The notes beneath the pieces were generated by a model. It ran no database searches, had not been told where the DNA came from, and saw only the letters and a program-made list of their open reading frames with translations. DNA of 64,000 bases from Amphiscolops sp. MND2022 (Eukaryota), in the NCBI GenBank assembly GCA_964187785.1, contig OZ076409.1:5644001-5708000 (forward strand), written 5' to 3'. How positions within the stretch are numbered: the first letter of the stretch is position 1; every line of letters begins with the position of its first letter. Shown in pieces: positions 10,795-24,200 of the stretch. The position numbers and the translations under genes were made by a program.

Positions 10795-13700
10795 TCAAGA
10801 AGATGGAGGAGGAAAAGGATAATTTATCCGTGAATAGATTTTAAATGGTGTATCCGTAGTAGAGGTGACAGAATTGTTAATTAAAGTGTCATGTTGAGTA
10901 GTTAGATTGTCATTCGGATGAACATTACGATACACATCCCGGTACGAAGTAGCTGGTTCCTGCTAGTTCGATTTTTGTCCAATCAGAGCGCGAATATTTT
11001 TTTGGAAGTTTTACACTTGTCACACATTACGCGCATTGATAGGACGTTACGCTAGTTGACACAGCTTCGTACGTTGACTAGTTTACACCATTGGATAGTA
11101 CAGTAATTGACTAGTTTACACCAATTGACTAGTTTAAGCAATTTGAGCTACACACGCCGACTCATAACTACACTGCTTGATTTGCATACACAGTATCAAA
11201 TCGCATAAACAGTAAATCTGACTACTAATGGAAGTGCTCACGACAGGGACCAAAATTACCACGTTCAATGAAGCAATCGCCCCTTCATTATGAGACCTAC
11301 TTTCATTTGTTTGGGGAGACTTGGATGGGGGGGGGTGTTGTTGGATAAGAAACAGTATTTATCTGAGGGAGGATAAGGCACATGGTCCAAACTTCGTTTT
11401 TAGTTGACTAGTTATTGAATCATTGTTTACTTTGACTGATTTACGATGCTGTGGTATGAATTGGAATTAAAATGAACACTGAGTTTTGAATGCATATGAA
11501 CATGGTGTAAGTTAGTCAAAACTTTGACTAACTTCCACTTATTGCAAGTATAGCGATCTGCAAATTGCAAAAAGTGGAAGTTAGTCAAAGTTTTGACTGA
11601 ATTACGAAAAAAAGTATTTTTGGACTAACTTCCACTTTTCACTAACTACGTGTTTTGACTAGTTTACACTATTTTTCATTACGCGCGTTGACACAGCTAC
11701 ACCGTTGAAGCATAGACCGTCTTGACTAACTTACGCTGAATGACCATTTTACGGATTACACAGATTACGCTGCGTGACTGAAATCGAAGTCACCGCTACG
11801 TGTATCGTAATGAAAGTTTTTATGAGTATAATTAGGATGTGGGGGATGTTGAACAGGAGAGAAAAGAAGTGAAGCAGTTTTTTGGTGGGAATTGTGGTGT
11901 CGTTTCGGAAACAAGTTAAATTTAGGAAATTGAATTTTGTTAGGACGTTTAGTATAGAAAGGTGGGGGGAAAGTAACATCAGTAGAATGAATAATTAAAT
12001 TTGTTGAAGTGTCAATAAAATTATCTAAGGATTTGGATTTTAAAAGTGTACTTTTGGGTTTTTTGTTTTGAGTCTCATTGAGGTCATTGATCATTCGTGC
12101 TGTAAGAACATTAAAAAAACCATGTGCTATAGAAGTAAATAAGGTAATATTATTTTTAGATTATATTTAATAGATATTGTTTTGTAAAGTTTGACAATGA
12201 ATATGAGAGTAGCTTGTACAAAAAGAAATGTAGAAAAGTATATACCACATTGTGTGAATATAACAAGGGTATCCAAAAAGTGCAATAAAAGCATCTGAAA
12301 ACCATGTAGGCGTAAAAAGAGGAGTTAAATTCAAAAGTTTATCATGTAGTCCTATACGTAATGTATTATAAGGATTACCAGGATCTTGAGGGGAATTTGC
12401 ATCATAATTAGGAGTATTAGATGAAATTAAAGAATAGCTAAGAGCTTTGCCTAGTAATTGAAGTGTAGAATCAGAATGTTTGGAAAATAAAATACGATTC
12501 CAAAATTGGTCAAGTTCTGCATTAGAATATATACCAGCATCTTGAGCTGTAAAAGTGTTAGGACGTATTGTAGTTTTAAGATGTGAAGGTGTAAACATTA
12601 GTGGAGGTTTGCGTTTATTAGGTTCAGGTCCAAGAATGTGAAAATCTTGATCGTCTGAATCAGGGTCTAGTTCGATAATATTACGTGGATTATTATCACG
12701 TGTAATTGGTGTAGCATAGTCATAAGTTTGTCTTGTAATTGGATCAACATACATTAAGGTATCTTTAAATTGGATAGGTATACGGTCAAAGCATCTATCA
12801 GCTTTATATAAAGGAGATAAAAAATGAGGACAGTCATAAAGCCAGGCGGTTGAGCCTTCAACGTATAAGAAATTACTTCGATTACCGGTTAATAGAAAAC
12901 CAGCAAGTTGAGGATTTTGTACTGACATTGCGAGTATTGTAAGAAATTGGTTTCGTTCTAATTCGCATATGGTATGTAGAGTATTTAGTTCTTGTACAGT
13001 CATTGATGTAAAAACATGTTAATAGTGTAATCTATTTTCGTGTTTATATGTGCGTCATAGTCAATGGTGGCAAAGTTGTTTGAAACATTTAATGCAGGGA
13101 AGATAACTCTGTTATTTGAAGTGTCCAATACTATTTTACCAGAAATATATTCATCAATCATAGAATGATGATTGGGTTGTCCTGTATGCATATTGAAACC
13201 ATCAGTGTATGTAACAAAAAGGTCTGAGTATTGTGTAGAATAGAGAGGGTCTGGTTTACCACAAAAGGTTTGTGCTGTAGGAAAAACTTCAAATCTTGAA
13301 AGACTTGGGTTATTTGGATGTTGTGTATGAGGAGCATAAACATAGGGATATTCTGTACCTTTGATAACAGAAGGTATTTTAGGTTGTATTGAGTGTGGGG
13401 AATGTACAAAAGAGTCTGTTTCAATCCAATATCTATCTTCAATTTTAGTCATACGGCCAATGAAGTCTTGTAATGTGAAAATTAGGCAATAGTCATCATT
13501 GAACCAAACAAGAGTAAAAGGGGTTTTCGTTGTGGGTTTACAAAAACCATCTGCAAAATAGCAGTGTAATGTATGTCCATCTATTATCATGTCATTAGAT
13601 GTGTCATCATACGTAAGTTCTACTTCAGAAATTTCTAATCGCCAACTAACTAGGTTGACTTCGAATTGGTGATGAGCAGGACAGTTATGATAAGGGTTTT

Positions 13701-14155
13701 GAGTAGGGTCATATATCCAGTTTTTATCGGCAGGCACAAATGTAAATGTACCTGTGTACATTTTGTTCAATTGGTATACATTGAAAGGAGTTTGATATTG
13801 TTCTAATCGTTCTTGAAAATAATGGTCTTCTAAGACTGTGAACGTTTTTTTGTAGTGGAGGTTGTTCAATTTTCAATATTTTATCATTTGTACCATTTAA
13901 ATGATTTATAACGTTTTTACATTCTAATGGATCAAGAGTAACAGGAAGCGGTAATGTATTATGATTCCATACCGTCCTATCAACACGACGGTATTTTACG
14001 GAATCTTGAAAGCATATTTTCCTTTCTTTCTTTGCATAAGCAACACATTTAAAAGCTTTGATGCGTTTAGCTTTTGCTCGGACATATGCACGGGCTTTAA
14101 CACTTGCATGTTTAATGTCAGAAGGAGCTTCAGTGCATTGTTTTACATTAAGTAA
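10795..14155 (-). pseudogene. env: env of element A, central and C-terminal part (class III / chuvirus-G-like glycoprotein)
   Basis: ORFs 13000-13869, 12167-13003 and 11765-12094 are colinear with B env. Contains CELER...NPQLAG...WLYDCP...CFDRIP...YVDPITR and a C-terminal hydrophobic segment. Broken by frameshifts and a TIR element. Confidence 0.85.
10923..11812. mobile_element. 890-bp non-autonomous TIR DNA transposon inserted in the env tail of A
   Basis: 13-bp perfect TIR cattacgatacac/gtgtatcgtaatg with flanking AA duplication. Removing it restores the frame HKNFHPNDNL...DTPFKIYSRINYPFPP. Internal palindromes at 11508-11598. Confidence 0.85.
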
Positions 14156-14469
14156 TAAAGTACTTGTTTTGTTATGGTTATTGGATATTAAGTTAGAAGT
14201 AGGTCTTAGTTGTAGGTTACAAGTAGTACTTTAAGAAACGCTAACAGAGCTGCAGTTATTAGGTCTTTTAAAATGAAGACAACTATTCGATGAAGAATCA
14301 ATTTAAGTGTGATTCAAATCAGAAAATATGGTATTGAATATAAAGTAGTTACATCAGACAATCAGACAATTCATTTTACATCTAGAATATTAATGAGGTG
14401 CACTGTTCTAAAGTCTAGACATATAGAGGGTGGGGGATAATTATGAATTATGAGATATTTGGTATATCA
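14156..14469 (-). repeat. 3' LTR of element B
   Basis: Near-identical to 30250-30566. Confidence 0.95.
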
Positions 14470-15775
14470 TCCGACCGGATTCTGAAAAAAAAAGTTTTAA
14501 ATTTGGTGTTGTTTTTAGGATTTATTGATGGAAAATTGTGGAATGGGAGGTTTCATTTAAATTGTCGGAAGTTGTTTTAATACGTGTTCGGAAGTTGGTT
14601 TGATACGTGTGAAGAGAAGGAATAACAAAAGTTTGGTAGTTTCTGGTATAAAATTCTATGGAGAAAAATATAAATTTTTTAAGAGGAGATTTCGGTTTTG
14701 ACTTAGAGAAAGTTGTCTTCGTTTCTTTCCTATCGTGACTTACGGGCAATATCAGAACATAGTCTGAATGAGAGTGTTAAATAGGTTCGTTAATTAATAG
14801 ACTAGAGGATATATGTTGAGTTTACAAAAGAAAAAAATTTCGGAATTTTTGGAGTTGATTGGCATCTTTATATTGGTGATAATTTTAGTATTTTAATGTT
14901 TTCAAGGTCTTTGAATTTTCATATAAAATCTATTCTAAGTTTCTTCCGAGGCAGTAAAAGATTTGATTGACAGACAGAAATTCATAACAATTGGGAGATT
15001 GGCAAGAAAGGGCGGTCTGATTGACGGAAAAGTTCAGAGTGAAAGACCAAGATTCTTAGTTGTCTGGTAACTAAGCAGTCATCTTGTTTGTCTTATGAAC
15101 AACTAAAATGGAATGGCAGAACTTCGAAGCAAAAAGACGACGTGATCAAAACACTTTTAGAAGCCAAAACAAATCAATATGAGTCAACATGTGTGCAAAT
15201 TTAGATCATGAGGCTGATTAATTGTTGATTGTGAAAAGGCAAAGAAAAGTTTGGGCGAGCAAATTTATTCGCAAAATTGGCAAGAGACAAAGAGTTATAA
15301 GCTGAGGTGAGTGAGTTTTAATATGTGATTCGGTAAGAGTAAGAAGAAAAAAGGAAAGTGTTTTAGAACCGAAGTTATAGAGAAGTAAAGTTAAATTTTT
15401 GTGGAAGGAAGGTTAAAAAATTGGAATTTTGGTTAAAAAATGTTTGTTAAAGTGGAAGAAAGGTGAAAAGAAAATGTAGCTCCACATTTTAAAAGAAATT
15501 GGGACTAGAGCAACATGCTAAAGTAGATATTTTAAAATTTAGTCAATTAGAACCGAAGTTATAAGGGAGTTTTTCCAATAAAGAGGTAGGGAAAGAAGGG
15601 GGAAATTTTAAAACAATTAAGTAAAAAGGAAGGGTGAAGTGTAAAAGTAGAAGGTCTGGGGTTTAAAATCAATATAGGGAGGGGGTGAGAGTGCCGTACT
15701 TAAAACATAAAAGCAAAGACAGTTTTGAATAAAATGTACAAATTTATTTAGGGGAAAACAATCATTCAAAATATT

Positions 15776-16651
15776 TTAATCAACATCATTTAATGAAGTT
15801 ACCAAATTATCTAAATCATTTAAGGGGGTAGGGGATTGGGAGGATGGTGTTATGGGTTCAATACGAATGGGAATTAATGCAGGGGAAAGAGAGAGAGGGG
15901 GTAAAGGAGAATGGATTGTGTCTTTAATTGATACATGTGAACAATGGGGGGTATTGCATTGAAAATAATTTTGGTAATTAGAGCAATTATGCGAGGGGAT
16001 TTGGATACTTAAAGGTGATAAATGTCGAGGTTTCGACTGAGGCGATTTAAATTTACACAATTTTGAAGGGGGGAGTGTATTATTAATCTTATCTAATTCA
16101 AGAGTAGTTTGTTGAATAAGTTCATCATGATGTGTTTCGTAAAGTTTTATTGCATCAGTATATTGTGCAATTTTCTGTTTATAGACAGCTGTGTGGACCA
16201 GTCGACGGACAGGTGGACCAATTCCATCGAGAGGTGGCTGTGGACGTCTGGGGTGCCGTGGTTTATTGCGTAGAAGATCAGTGGTCAGTTGACGGACGGC
16301 AGAATATTGTTGAAGATTGGGAGAAGTGGTGACTGCATTTTTGGGGTGAAGAGAAGAAGTGAGGTCTGTCATCTCTACTGGAGATTGGAGAGAAGAAGAA
16401 ATCACTGGGAGAGTAGTCGAAGCAGTTGTTGTCAAGAGAGGAGAAATGGGTGGCAGGTGAACAGTAGAGGTTGAAGAAACCAGTGATGTCACAGTAGTAG
16501 TTTGTGACGAAATTGAAGACGAAGTTGAAGAAGCATCAATGGATGGAAGAGTGAATGTCGAAGAAGTAGAAGAAGCGGGGAATGGCAGAAAGGAGTTGAG
16601 GAGTTGATTAAGAAGAGGATATGCCAGAATGGAAGGAGGATAAGATGACAT
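15776..16651 (-). CDS. 291-aa Ser/Thr/Pro-rich accessory ORF of element B downstream of env
   Basis: Intact ATG-to-stop frame, preceded by a splice-acceptor-like TTTTTTTTCAG. Confidence 0.6.
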   Translation of the reverse strand: MSSYPPSILAYPLLNQLLNSFLPFPASSTSSTFTLPSIDASSTSSSISSQTTTVTSLVSSTSTVHLPPISPLLTTTASTTLPVISSSLQSPVEMTDLTSSLHPKNAVTTSPNLQQYSAVRQLTTDLLRNKPRHPRRPQPPLDGIGPPVRRLVHTAVYKQKIAQYTDAIKLYETHHDELIQQTTLELDKINNTLPPSKLCKFKSPQSKPRHLSPLSIQIPSHNCSNYQNYFQCNTPHCSHVSIKDTIHSPLPPLSLSPALIPIRIEPITPSSQSPTPLNDLDNLVTSLNDVD

Positions 16652-16793
16652 TACTGAAAAAAAATGATTGTTAAGTTATTTTGTATTTGAATAATTTGGA
16701 GCAATTGAATATAGATAAAGAATGTTGTGATCAAATTTATTGATGTCAGAGCAGAAAAAATATGAGTAGGAAACTAAGTAAGGGTATTATTAT

Positions 16794-19616
16794 TCAGAAG
16801 AGAAATTGAGGTAATAAAAAGTTGGTAAATAATTCAGGAGGAAAACGGCAAGAAAAATAAACTTTGACAGGACTGTCAGGCGGGTCAAAAATATTATTGA
16901 CAGAAGTTAAAGGGATGTCGTTAGTTTTAATTGGCGGTGGAGTAGGGGGATCAATTTTAGTAGATTGCCCAATGGTTATGTATGGGGGAATCGGTAGAAG
17001 AATTATCACAATTGGTGTCATCAGGAGGAGGAGAATTATGTAAATATAGAGGAGAAGATAATGAAGATATTTGAGGGGGTCGAGGAGAAAGATTATTATG
17101 AGAGAGAAGGTGAGAATTATAAATTGGAGGAGGGGGTGAAAAATCTTCGGTGTTGAAGGATTGTGTTTGATCAGTAGGAGTAGAATGAAGAACAGAAGAA
17201 GAAAGGGGTTTGATTGGGGAAGAATTAGGAGAAGATCTTGGCATTGGGGTTTTTTTTTAAAATTAAGGATTTTTATTTTAATGTTAGTATGAAAGTTAGG
17301 CGGACGAGGTTTAGGACTAGAAGAAGAAATGTGAGTTTTCGCTAATGGGGAAAGGGGTGAATCTGAATTGTCAGATTCGGAGTGTGAATTGGATGATTTA
17401 AGCATAGCAGTCATCATGGTTTGGGTAATAGTTCCAAAGAAACCAAATCCCAAAGCAGTTAAAACAGAAATTTGTTTTTTAAGCAATTTTTGAACAGTAA
17501 AGGAACGATAAATACTGAAGAGTGTGTTAAAAGCGAATTTTAAAAAAGAGCGGTAGAGAAATAGATTCCACATTGGGTTAAAATATAGCATGAATAGCCA
17601 AAGAGTATTATGAAAGCATCGGTAAACCAATCAGGAGAGAAAAATGGGGTTAAGTTTAACATGTAGTCGTGAAGACCAATTCGGAGTGATCGGTAAGGAT
17701 TATCTGGAAAAGAACTAGTAGATTGTTGATTCTTAAATTCATAGCTAAAAGCTTTTCCAAGGAGTTGAAGAGTTTTGTCAGAATGTTTAGTAAATAAAAC
17801 TCTATTCCAAAAATGTTTTAGTTCTTTTTGAGAATAAATACCAGCATCTTGAGCAGTGAAGGTATTATGACTAATAGCAGTTTGAATTTGGGTTGGTTCA
17901 CAAAGAAGTAGGGGGTCTTTTTTAATAGGTTGAGGTGTTAAAACATAATATTGATCAGTGTCTGGGTCAAGAGAAATAACAATTTGAGGATTATTTTCAC
18001 AAGGAATTTGATTGGCATATTCAAAAGTTTGACGTGTAATAGGGTCGACATACATAACAGTGTCAAGATAATTGACAGGAATTTTTTGTCATAGCATTGA
18101 TCAGCAATGTATAAAGGTGAAAGGTGATGAGGGCAATCATATAACCAGGCGGTAGAGCCTTCAACATATAAGAAGTTACTACGGTTTTGGGTTAAGAGGA
18201 AACCAGCGAGTTGTGGATTTTTAACAGACATAGCGAGAATTGTTAAAAGTTGGGTTCGTTCTACTTCACATATAGTATGAAGAGTATTAATTTCAGCAAC
18301 AGACATGCTTTTAAAGACATGGTTTATAGAATAGTCAATTTTAGTGTTAATATGAGCTTCGTAATCAATAGTCGCGAAATTATTTGAAGAGTTTAGAGCA
18401 GGGAAAAGAAATTCGTTTTGAGTATGAATTAATTTTCCAGAGATTAACTGGGTAGTAAGTTGATTGTACTGTTCATTTTGTGGACGTTGAAGAGGGTTAG
18501 GTTTACCAGTATGCATATTAAAAACCTTCTTTATATGTTATGAAAAGATCAGGATATTGAGTAAGGTGTAAAGGAGTAGGTTTGTTACAAAACATTTTTT
18601 TTCAGGAAAAATTTCAAAGCGAGAGAGGCGGGTTTGAGGTTTGGTATCATGATAAGGAGTATCTGTTGGAATAGTAGAGGAGTGGTTATTAAAAAAGTGT
18701 TCAGTTTCAAGCCAATAAAAAGTGTTCAGTTTCAGTTATTGAGCTTAGACATTCTACCAATAAAGGAAGTATTAAAAAAGATTAAACAAAGTTCTTCAGG
18801 GAACCAAACGATGGTGAATGGTGTTAATATAGTTGGTTTACAAAAACCATCATCGTGGAGACAAGGTAAAGTATGTCCATGGTAAATTAGTTTATTGTCT
18901 TTATCATCATAAGTAATTTCAATTTCTTTTACGATAAGAGACCAGCTATCTTTTTCGATTATGTAATCATAACGATCCCAACATACAACTTTTTCTTTTA
19001 GAGTTGAGTTTAATACTAATTGTGAATTGGTGATCCAAGCGAAAGCACCATAATGAAATGTATTTAGTTTAGTAATACGAAAAGGGGGTGGTTTTGTTTC
19101 TAAAAGGCGTTGTTTTTGAATATCATCGAAGAATGTAAAGGAATTAGAGTAATTAAAAGCGTCTAGTTGAGGATTGTTAGTTCCGTTCAAATGGCGGATA
19201 GCATGTTTGCATTCTGTAGGGTCAAGAGTACGGGGACGTTCCATAGTGTTTTGATGGTAATCAGTATAATCATGACGACGATATTTGTAATCCGATTGAG
19301 CACAGACAAATTTTACACGTTTTTCATAAGCTTCACAGGTCCAAGCTTTAAGACGTTTAGCTTTAGCGCGAACGAAAACATTGACAATAGCGCGGGTAAT
19401 TTCAAAAGCAGATGGGGCTTGAGCGCATGGTTGGACTCGAGTAAGACTGAACTGTCTTAAATTATGTTGTTTAGAACAATCATAGTGAGAGACTAAGAAG
19501 TTCGAAATATCAGGATCATTGGGATCTACATGATCAGAGGAGGAAGCAAGTTGCGAAAAGACTAAGAACGGGGAAGAAAGAAAATAGAAGATCGAGTGAA
19601 AAAAGAGGAAATGCAT
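16794..19616 (-). pseudogene. env: env of element B (class III / chuvirus-G-like glycoprotein), frameshifted
   Basis: Hydrophobic signal-like segment, then SHYDCSKQHNLRQFSLTRVQPC, conserved Cys spacing, CEVER...NPQLAG, a TM segment and a Pro/Ser-rich tail; ORFs 18732-19616, 17938-18516, 17540-18055, 16794-17630. Confidence 0.85.
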
Positions 19617-19789
19617 TTTAAAATTGGGCAGTATTTTTTAAAAAGGTAAGGGTATTAAGAAATGTAATAGAGCCGTGTAAAAGACGAAACGGAGGATGGT
19701 CGCTTACAAAGTGACTAAGATTTGTAGCAATAAAAGGATGAGAAGAGATTTAAAATAAACTGTTGTATGTGAGGGAATAGGATGAGGAC

Positions 19790-20938
19790 TTAAGTTATGA
19801 AATTTAACGGTAATTTAATTTTAAGTTCTAAATTTGCGTCTTCTAGGCGAAGAAATTCTTTACGGCGACGTACATTTGAAAGGTGGGGATTTGAATTAAG
19901 TTTATGGGTGGCAAGGTAAAGAAAGCGAGGATCTTGGCGGGGGCTACTGACAAGAGTGTTATTCACGATTAAAGGGTAATCAACACGATTAGGTGTTGGA
20001 GGAGTAGAGTATTGATCAGTAGTGAGGTCAATGTTAAGTAAGTGACTATCAGAAAGGATAGTGGAATTATGAGAGGTAGGACGAGAGAAAAGGTGACCAG
20101 CGTGATTATAAGAAGAAATAGAAGAACGTTGAGAAGAGGTAGTGTCAATTCCCGAAGTGGGAGAATTTTCTGCGTTAGAGAGAGAGTCTGAAGAAAGAGA
20201 TTGAGAGTGATGGCGTAGAAGAGAAGAATTAGTACTTGCGAGAGAAGGAGAAGGGCGACGATTATTGCGAAGATTATATCGATGACGAAGTGGAGGGTTA
20301 AGAGTAGATTCAGAAGTAGTGTCAAGAAGGTTGTCTAAAGAAGAAGTTGTGTACTTAGAGGCGGAACTTGAAGGAGGAAGACGAGGAAAAAGAAGAGAGC
20401 AAGTAGTTGAATCGACTTCACTGAAGTCAGATTTCTTTCGGAGAGAATCAATAGATTCAAGGGCAGGGATTTTGAGAGGTTTAGGTGGGGGAAGTGAAGG
20501 TTGAGAGAAGATATGAGAACAAGGTGGAGGTATTGAAAGAGAATTATCTAATTGAGAGCGTCTGCGAAAAGATTTTATGGAGGTAGGTATAAGTTTTGGT
20601 GTAGGAAGGGTTGGATTATTAATATTTCTAAGGAGAGTAGGGTTTATATCACTGGGATCAGGGATATGAAAAGAAAAAGGAAGTGGAGAATGGGTAGGGG
20701 TTATATTAAAAGGGGATTCAGTATCGGAAAGTGGGAGAGTTAAAGAATTTTGAGTTTGTTGAGGAATAGAAGCTTTCAGAGGAGTGTGAGTTGGGGTATT
20801 AACAGGGGTGGTATCTAAAGAGGGGGTGATTGGTATAGGGTTCAAGGGAGGTTGGTGAGGAACTGGTAAAAAACTTTGTGATGAAGGTATAGTATCAGTT
20901 GAAACAGAAGAAGAGGGTTGAGAAGAACAATCAGACAA
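19790..20938 (-). CDS. Ser/Pro-rich ORF between integrase and env (element B)
   Basis: 382-aa frame homologous to A 30988-31557 (HRYNLR, PPTP..DYPL.V, P..DPRF). Confidence 0.65.
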   Translation of the reverse strand: MSDCSSQPSSSVSTDTIPSSQSFLPVPHQPPLNPIPITPSLDTTPVNTPTHTPLKASIPQQTQNSLTLPLSDTESPFNITPTHSPLPFSFHIPDPSDINPTLLRNINNPTLPTPKLIPTSIKSFRRRSQLDNSLSIPPPCSHIFSQPSLPPPKPLKIPALESIDSLRKKSDFSEVDSTTCSLLFPRLPPSSSASKYTTSSLDNLLDTTSESTLNPPLRHRYNLRNNRRPSPSLASTNSSLLRHHSQSLSSDSLSNAENSPTSGIDTTSSQRSSISSYNHAGHLFSRPTSHNSTILSDSHLLNIDLTTDQYSTPPTPNRVDYPLIVNNTLVSSPRQDPRFLYLATHKLNSNPHLSNVRRRKEFLRLEDANLELKIKLPLNFIT

Positions 20939-21269
20939 AAATACAGTAAGATCCAGGATGGAAACAAAAGGGAGATATATAACAATTTTCTATTAAGTAT
21001 GAAAAGATAAATAAAGATTGATATTAGGAAGGTGTAAAACTTGTAGATGGAAAGTAGTGAATAGAGATTTGAAAAGAATACGAATGCTGTTTCGATGAAA
21101 TGAAGTTTTGACGATAGCAACAGTTCAGTCAGAGTTCACTAAGGTAAAGTGAAGAAGTGTGTATAAGATACAGATACTAATTAGATTGTCGTGTGTCAGA
21201 CTTCAATAAGAGTCTAGACTAAGGACAATATGCAAAGGGAGGAAAACCAAATAAAAAATGAATATTTAA

Positions 21270-24200
21270 TTAAGGGGGGAAATCGATGTTTGGTTTGGAT
21301 GAATTATAATGTCTAGGAGGGAGTGAACGTAAATTATAAGGGGAATGAGGAGCTCGTTTATAAGTGGAGTCATTTTGAAGGGTAAGTGAGGGGGAGGAGG
21401 AAATATCAGGAGAATCAGCAATACGAGGGAAGAACTGAGGAAAGGAATCATTTGAAGAGTTCGAATAATAAATGGGGTTTGGAAGCATTTCAAAGTCAGA
21501 GTCGTGAGAATCAATAGTTTTATCAAGATTATCTTGAGAAGAAGAATGTGAAGGGTTGCGGTGAACAGGAGTAGTTGTTGGAATATTATCTAATTTGTCT
21601 TCTAAGGAAGAATAATGTGGAAAATTTTGATATCTAGGAACAGGAGTAGGAGAAGTATTGGGTTGTCTAATTTTTGAGGATGTAGGGGTTTGAGAATGAT
21701 TTGGATTGTGCGGTAAATCTAATGAGGAAAATTGAGAAAATGTATCTTGGTAAGGTTCAGTATCAGGGTTATTAATAAGGGAAGGGGTAGAATGATAGTG
21801 TTTAATATATGGAAAAATAATGGGTTCTTTGGGATAATATGGTAGAATATGATTTCGATGGGTTTGGAATGTAGAGCCATCTTGCGATAACAGTTCATAC
21901 ATTACTTCAGATAGATGGTTAAGTATTTTATATGGGCCAATTCGGAGAGGTTTGAGCTTTTTTGAAAAATTGACAGGTTTAAAATTCGTATGAATCACAA
22001 AAGTATTCAGAGGTAATTGTTTTAAAGGAGTTGTTTCAAATGTATAACTTTGAGAATTTAGTTTATGATTTAAATGGCGGTGGACAGCTGAATATATTTC
22101 TAACATTGCAGTTTCAGCTGCCAAAAGCCATGGGAAGATAGGTTTATCAAGAAGTGAATGGAAGAAGGGATTAGGGTCTTGAGTGCTATAATGTGAATGA
22201 GGGGGAAGAGACTCACAATAAGTTGCTATACAATTTTTTGAAGCATCACGAGGTAGGTTAGGAGAAAAGGTAAGAGGTATACGAAGATGGGTATGGAAAA
22301 CGATTTGATAAGGGGAAAGTTCAAGTTGAGAAAGAGGTGTTGTATTATGGGCATATGCGTACATTTGAGTTTGAAATGACCAGTTAGTAGGTGGATTTTG
22401 TAAAAATATCCGGAGATGAGTTCCAAGATTTCGGTTTTGAACTTCCACTAAACCGTTTGTCCACGGGGAGTAAGGAGTTCGAGGTGAGTGATTAATATGG
22501 AAAAGAGAACATAGATGAGCCATATCATGATTGATATATTCAGTACCTCGGTCTGCAACGAGGCATTGAGAGGGAACAAACTTGGTGATCCAGTGATGGA
22601 GTAGGGTTCGAATTGCATATTTAGAAGTGATATTAGGAGCAGGGTTAGTAACAACAAAGTGACTAAATGCGTCAATAATTACAAAAATATATGAGTTGTT
22701 TTGAGATGATGGAGAAATAGGGCCTTTAGTGTCCATAGAGATCCGGTAATTGAAATGAGTAGCACTTTCGTAAAAGGGAAGAGGGGGAGAAATATTTTGG
22801 GGTTTAATAGGAAAATGTTTTATAGTTTGACATTCAATGCAGTCATGGATGGATGAAAATAGAGAACCATAAAGGTAAATGAGGGATAAAATAAAATTGA
22901 TTAAATGTCTTAATAGAGAGTTTTTCACCTGAATGACCACGAGATTGTGTTTTACTAAATGCAGCATAAAAGAGTTTAAATGGTAAACATATACGTGTTT
23001 GGTTAATAGAAGGTTGAGTTTTAATAAAGATTTCTTCAAAAATTCGAAAGTTAGGTGTATAATATTGAATAAGATGAGTGTTTGGATCAATATATAAATG
23101 TTGGAATTGTTTATAATATGTATATAAAAAGGAGTTTGCTTTAATAATTGGGGTCAAGGAATAAGAAAGTCTTTGTTTTTGTTTTAACCATTTATATACT
23201 GTAGAAAGGACAGTATCATCTTTTTGAGCTTGAAGTAAAATGGGTACTGTTAAAAAGAAATCAGAAGAGAGAAAGAAATTATCAAATGTTTTACAGTGAG
23301 CAAAGAAGGAAGGGTCAAAGAATGGTAAAGATTGGGTATGTGTAGGCTTTGGAGAAGTTGGGGTAATAGCATTACTGTCAATAGTGTTATTACTAATAGA
23401 AGGGGAGTTGGTAAGGTTGGTTAGGATATCTTGAGACAAGTTGATATCGTTGAAGTAATGGTGTTGTATTTCAGTAAAAAGGGTGTGAAGTTCATGAGGT
23501 GGTTGCGAATACTCTTGGGGGATTCGTTTAAGAACGGGGTCGTCTGTATCGTATAAATCAGTTTCATTTAAAAGAGGATTTTCTTGGAGTAAAGTAACTT
23601 TGTTTTTGACAGGTTTTTTGTATTTATTTAAGAATGAGGAAACAGATTGGAAGGAAAAGGAATCAAGAGGAGTATATTTAACGACAATGCCTTTATCTTG
23701 GATACGAAGTGTGAATTGATCATCACCATAATCAGCTAAAATTAAATGTGAATCAATTTTATGTGTAGGAAGTACGTCTTCATGTTTTATTGGATAGTGA
23801 ATGGGTTTTAAAATAATATCGTTTTTGAGTTGAAGAAAATCAATATGTGGAGGGAGAGTTTTGTGTTGGAGTTGGCATGTTTTATTATTAATAGTTGAAA
23901 AATCTATACTGAGCATATCAGCAACAGTAAGGTTTGTACCAGCTGTATGAATTATTTGTAGGTTTGAAAATTTGGTTAATAGCATTTGACCTTTACATTG
24001 TCGAGGAGTTAGGTTACCTTTACGAGTGAAAAGAAAAAAAATAGGATTGTGATGCGTAAAAATGGTTATCGGGAATTTAGAACCAACTATAATGAATTCG
24101 TATTGAGGAAGGGCAAAAGTAATAGCACAAAGTTCTCTATCATAGGTAGAAAGTTTTTGTTCTTGAGTTGTTAAAATACGAGAATTATAAGAAATGATTT

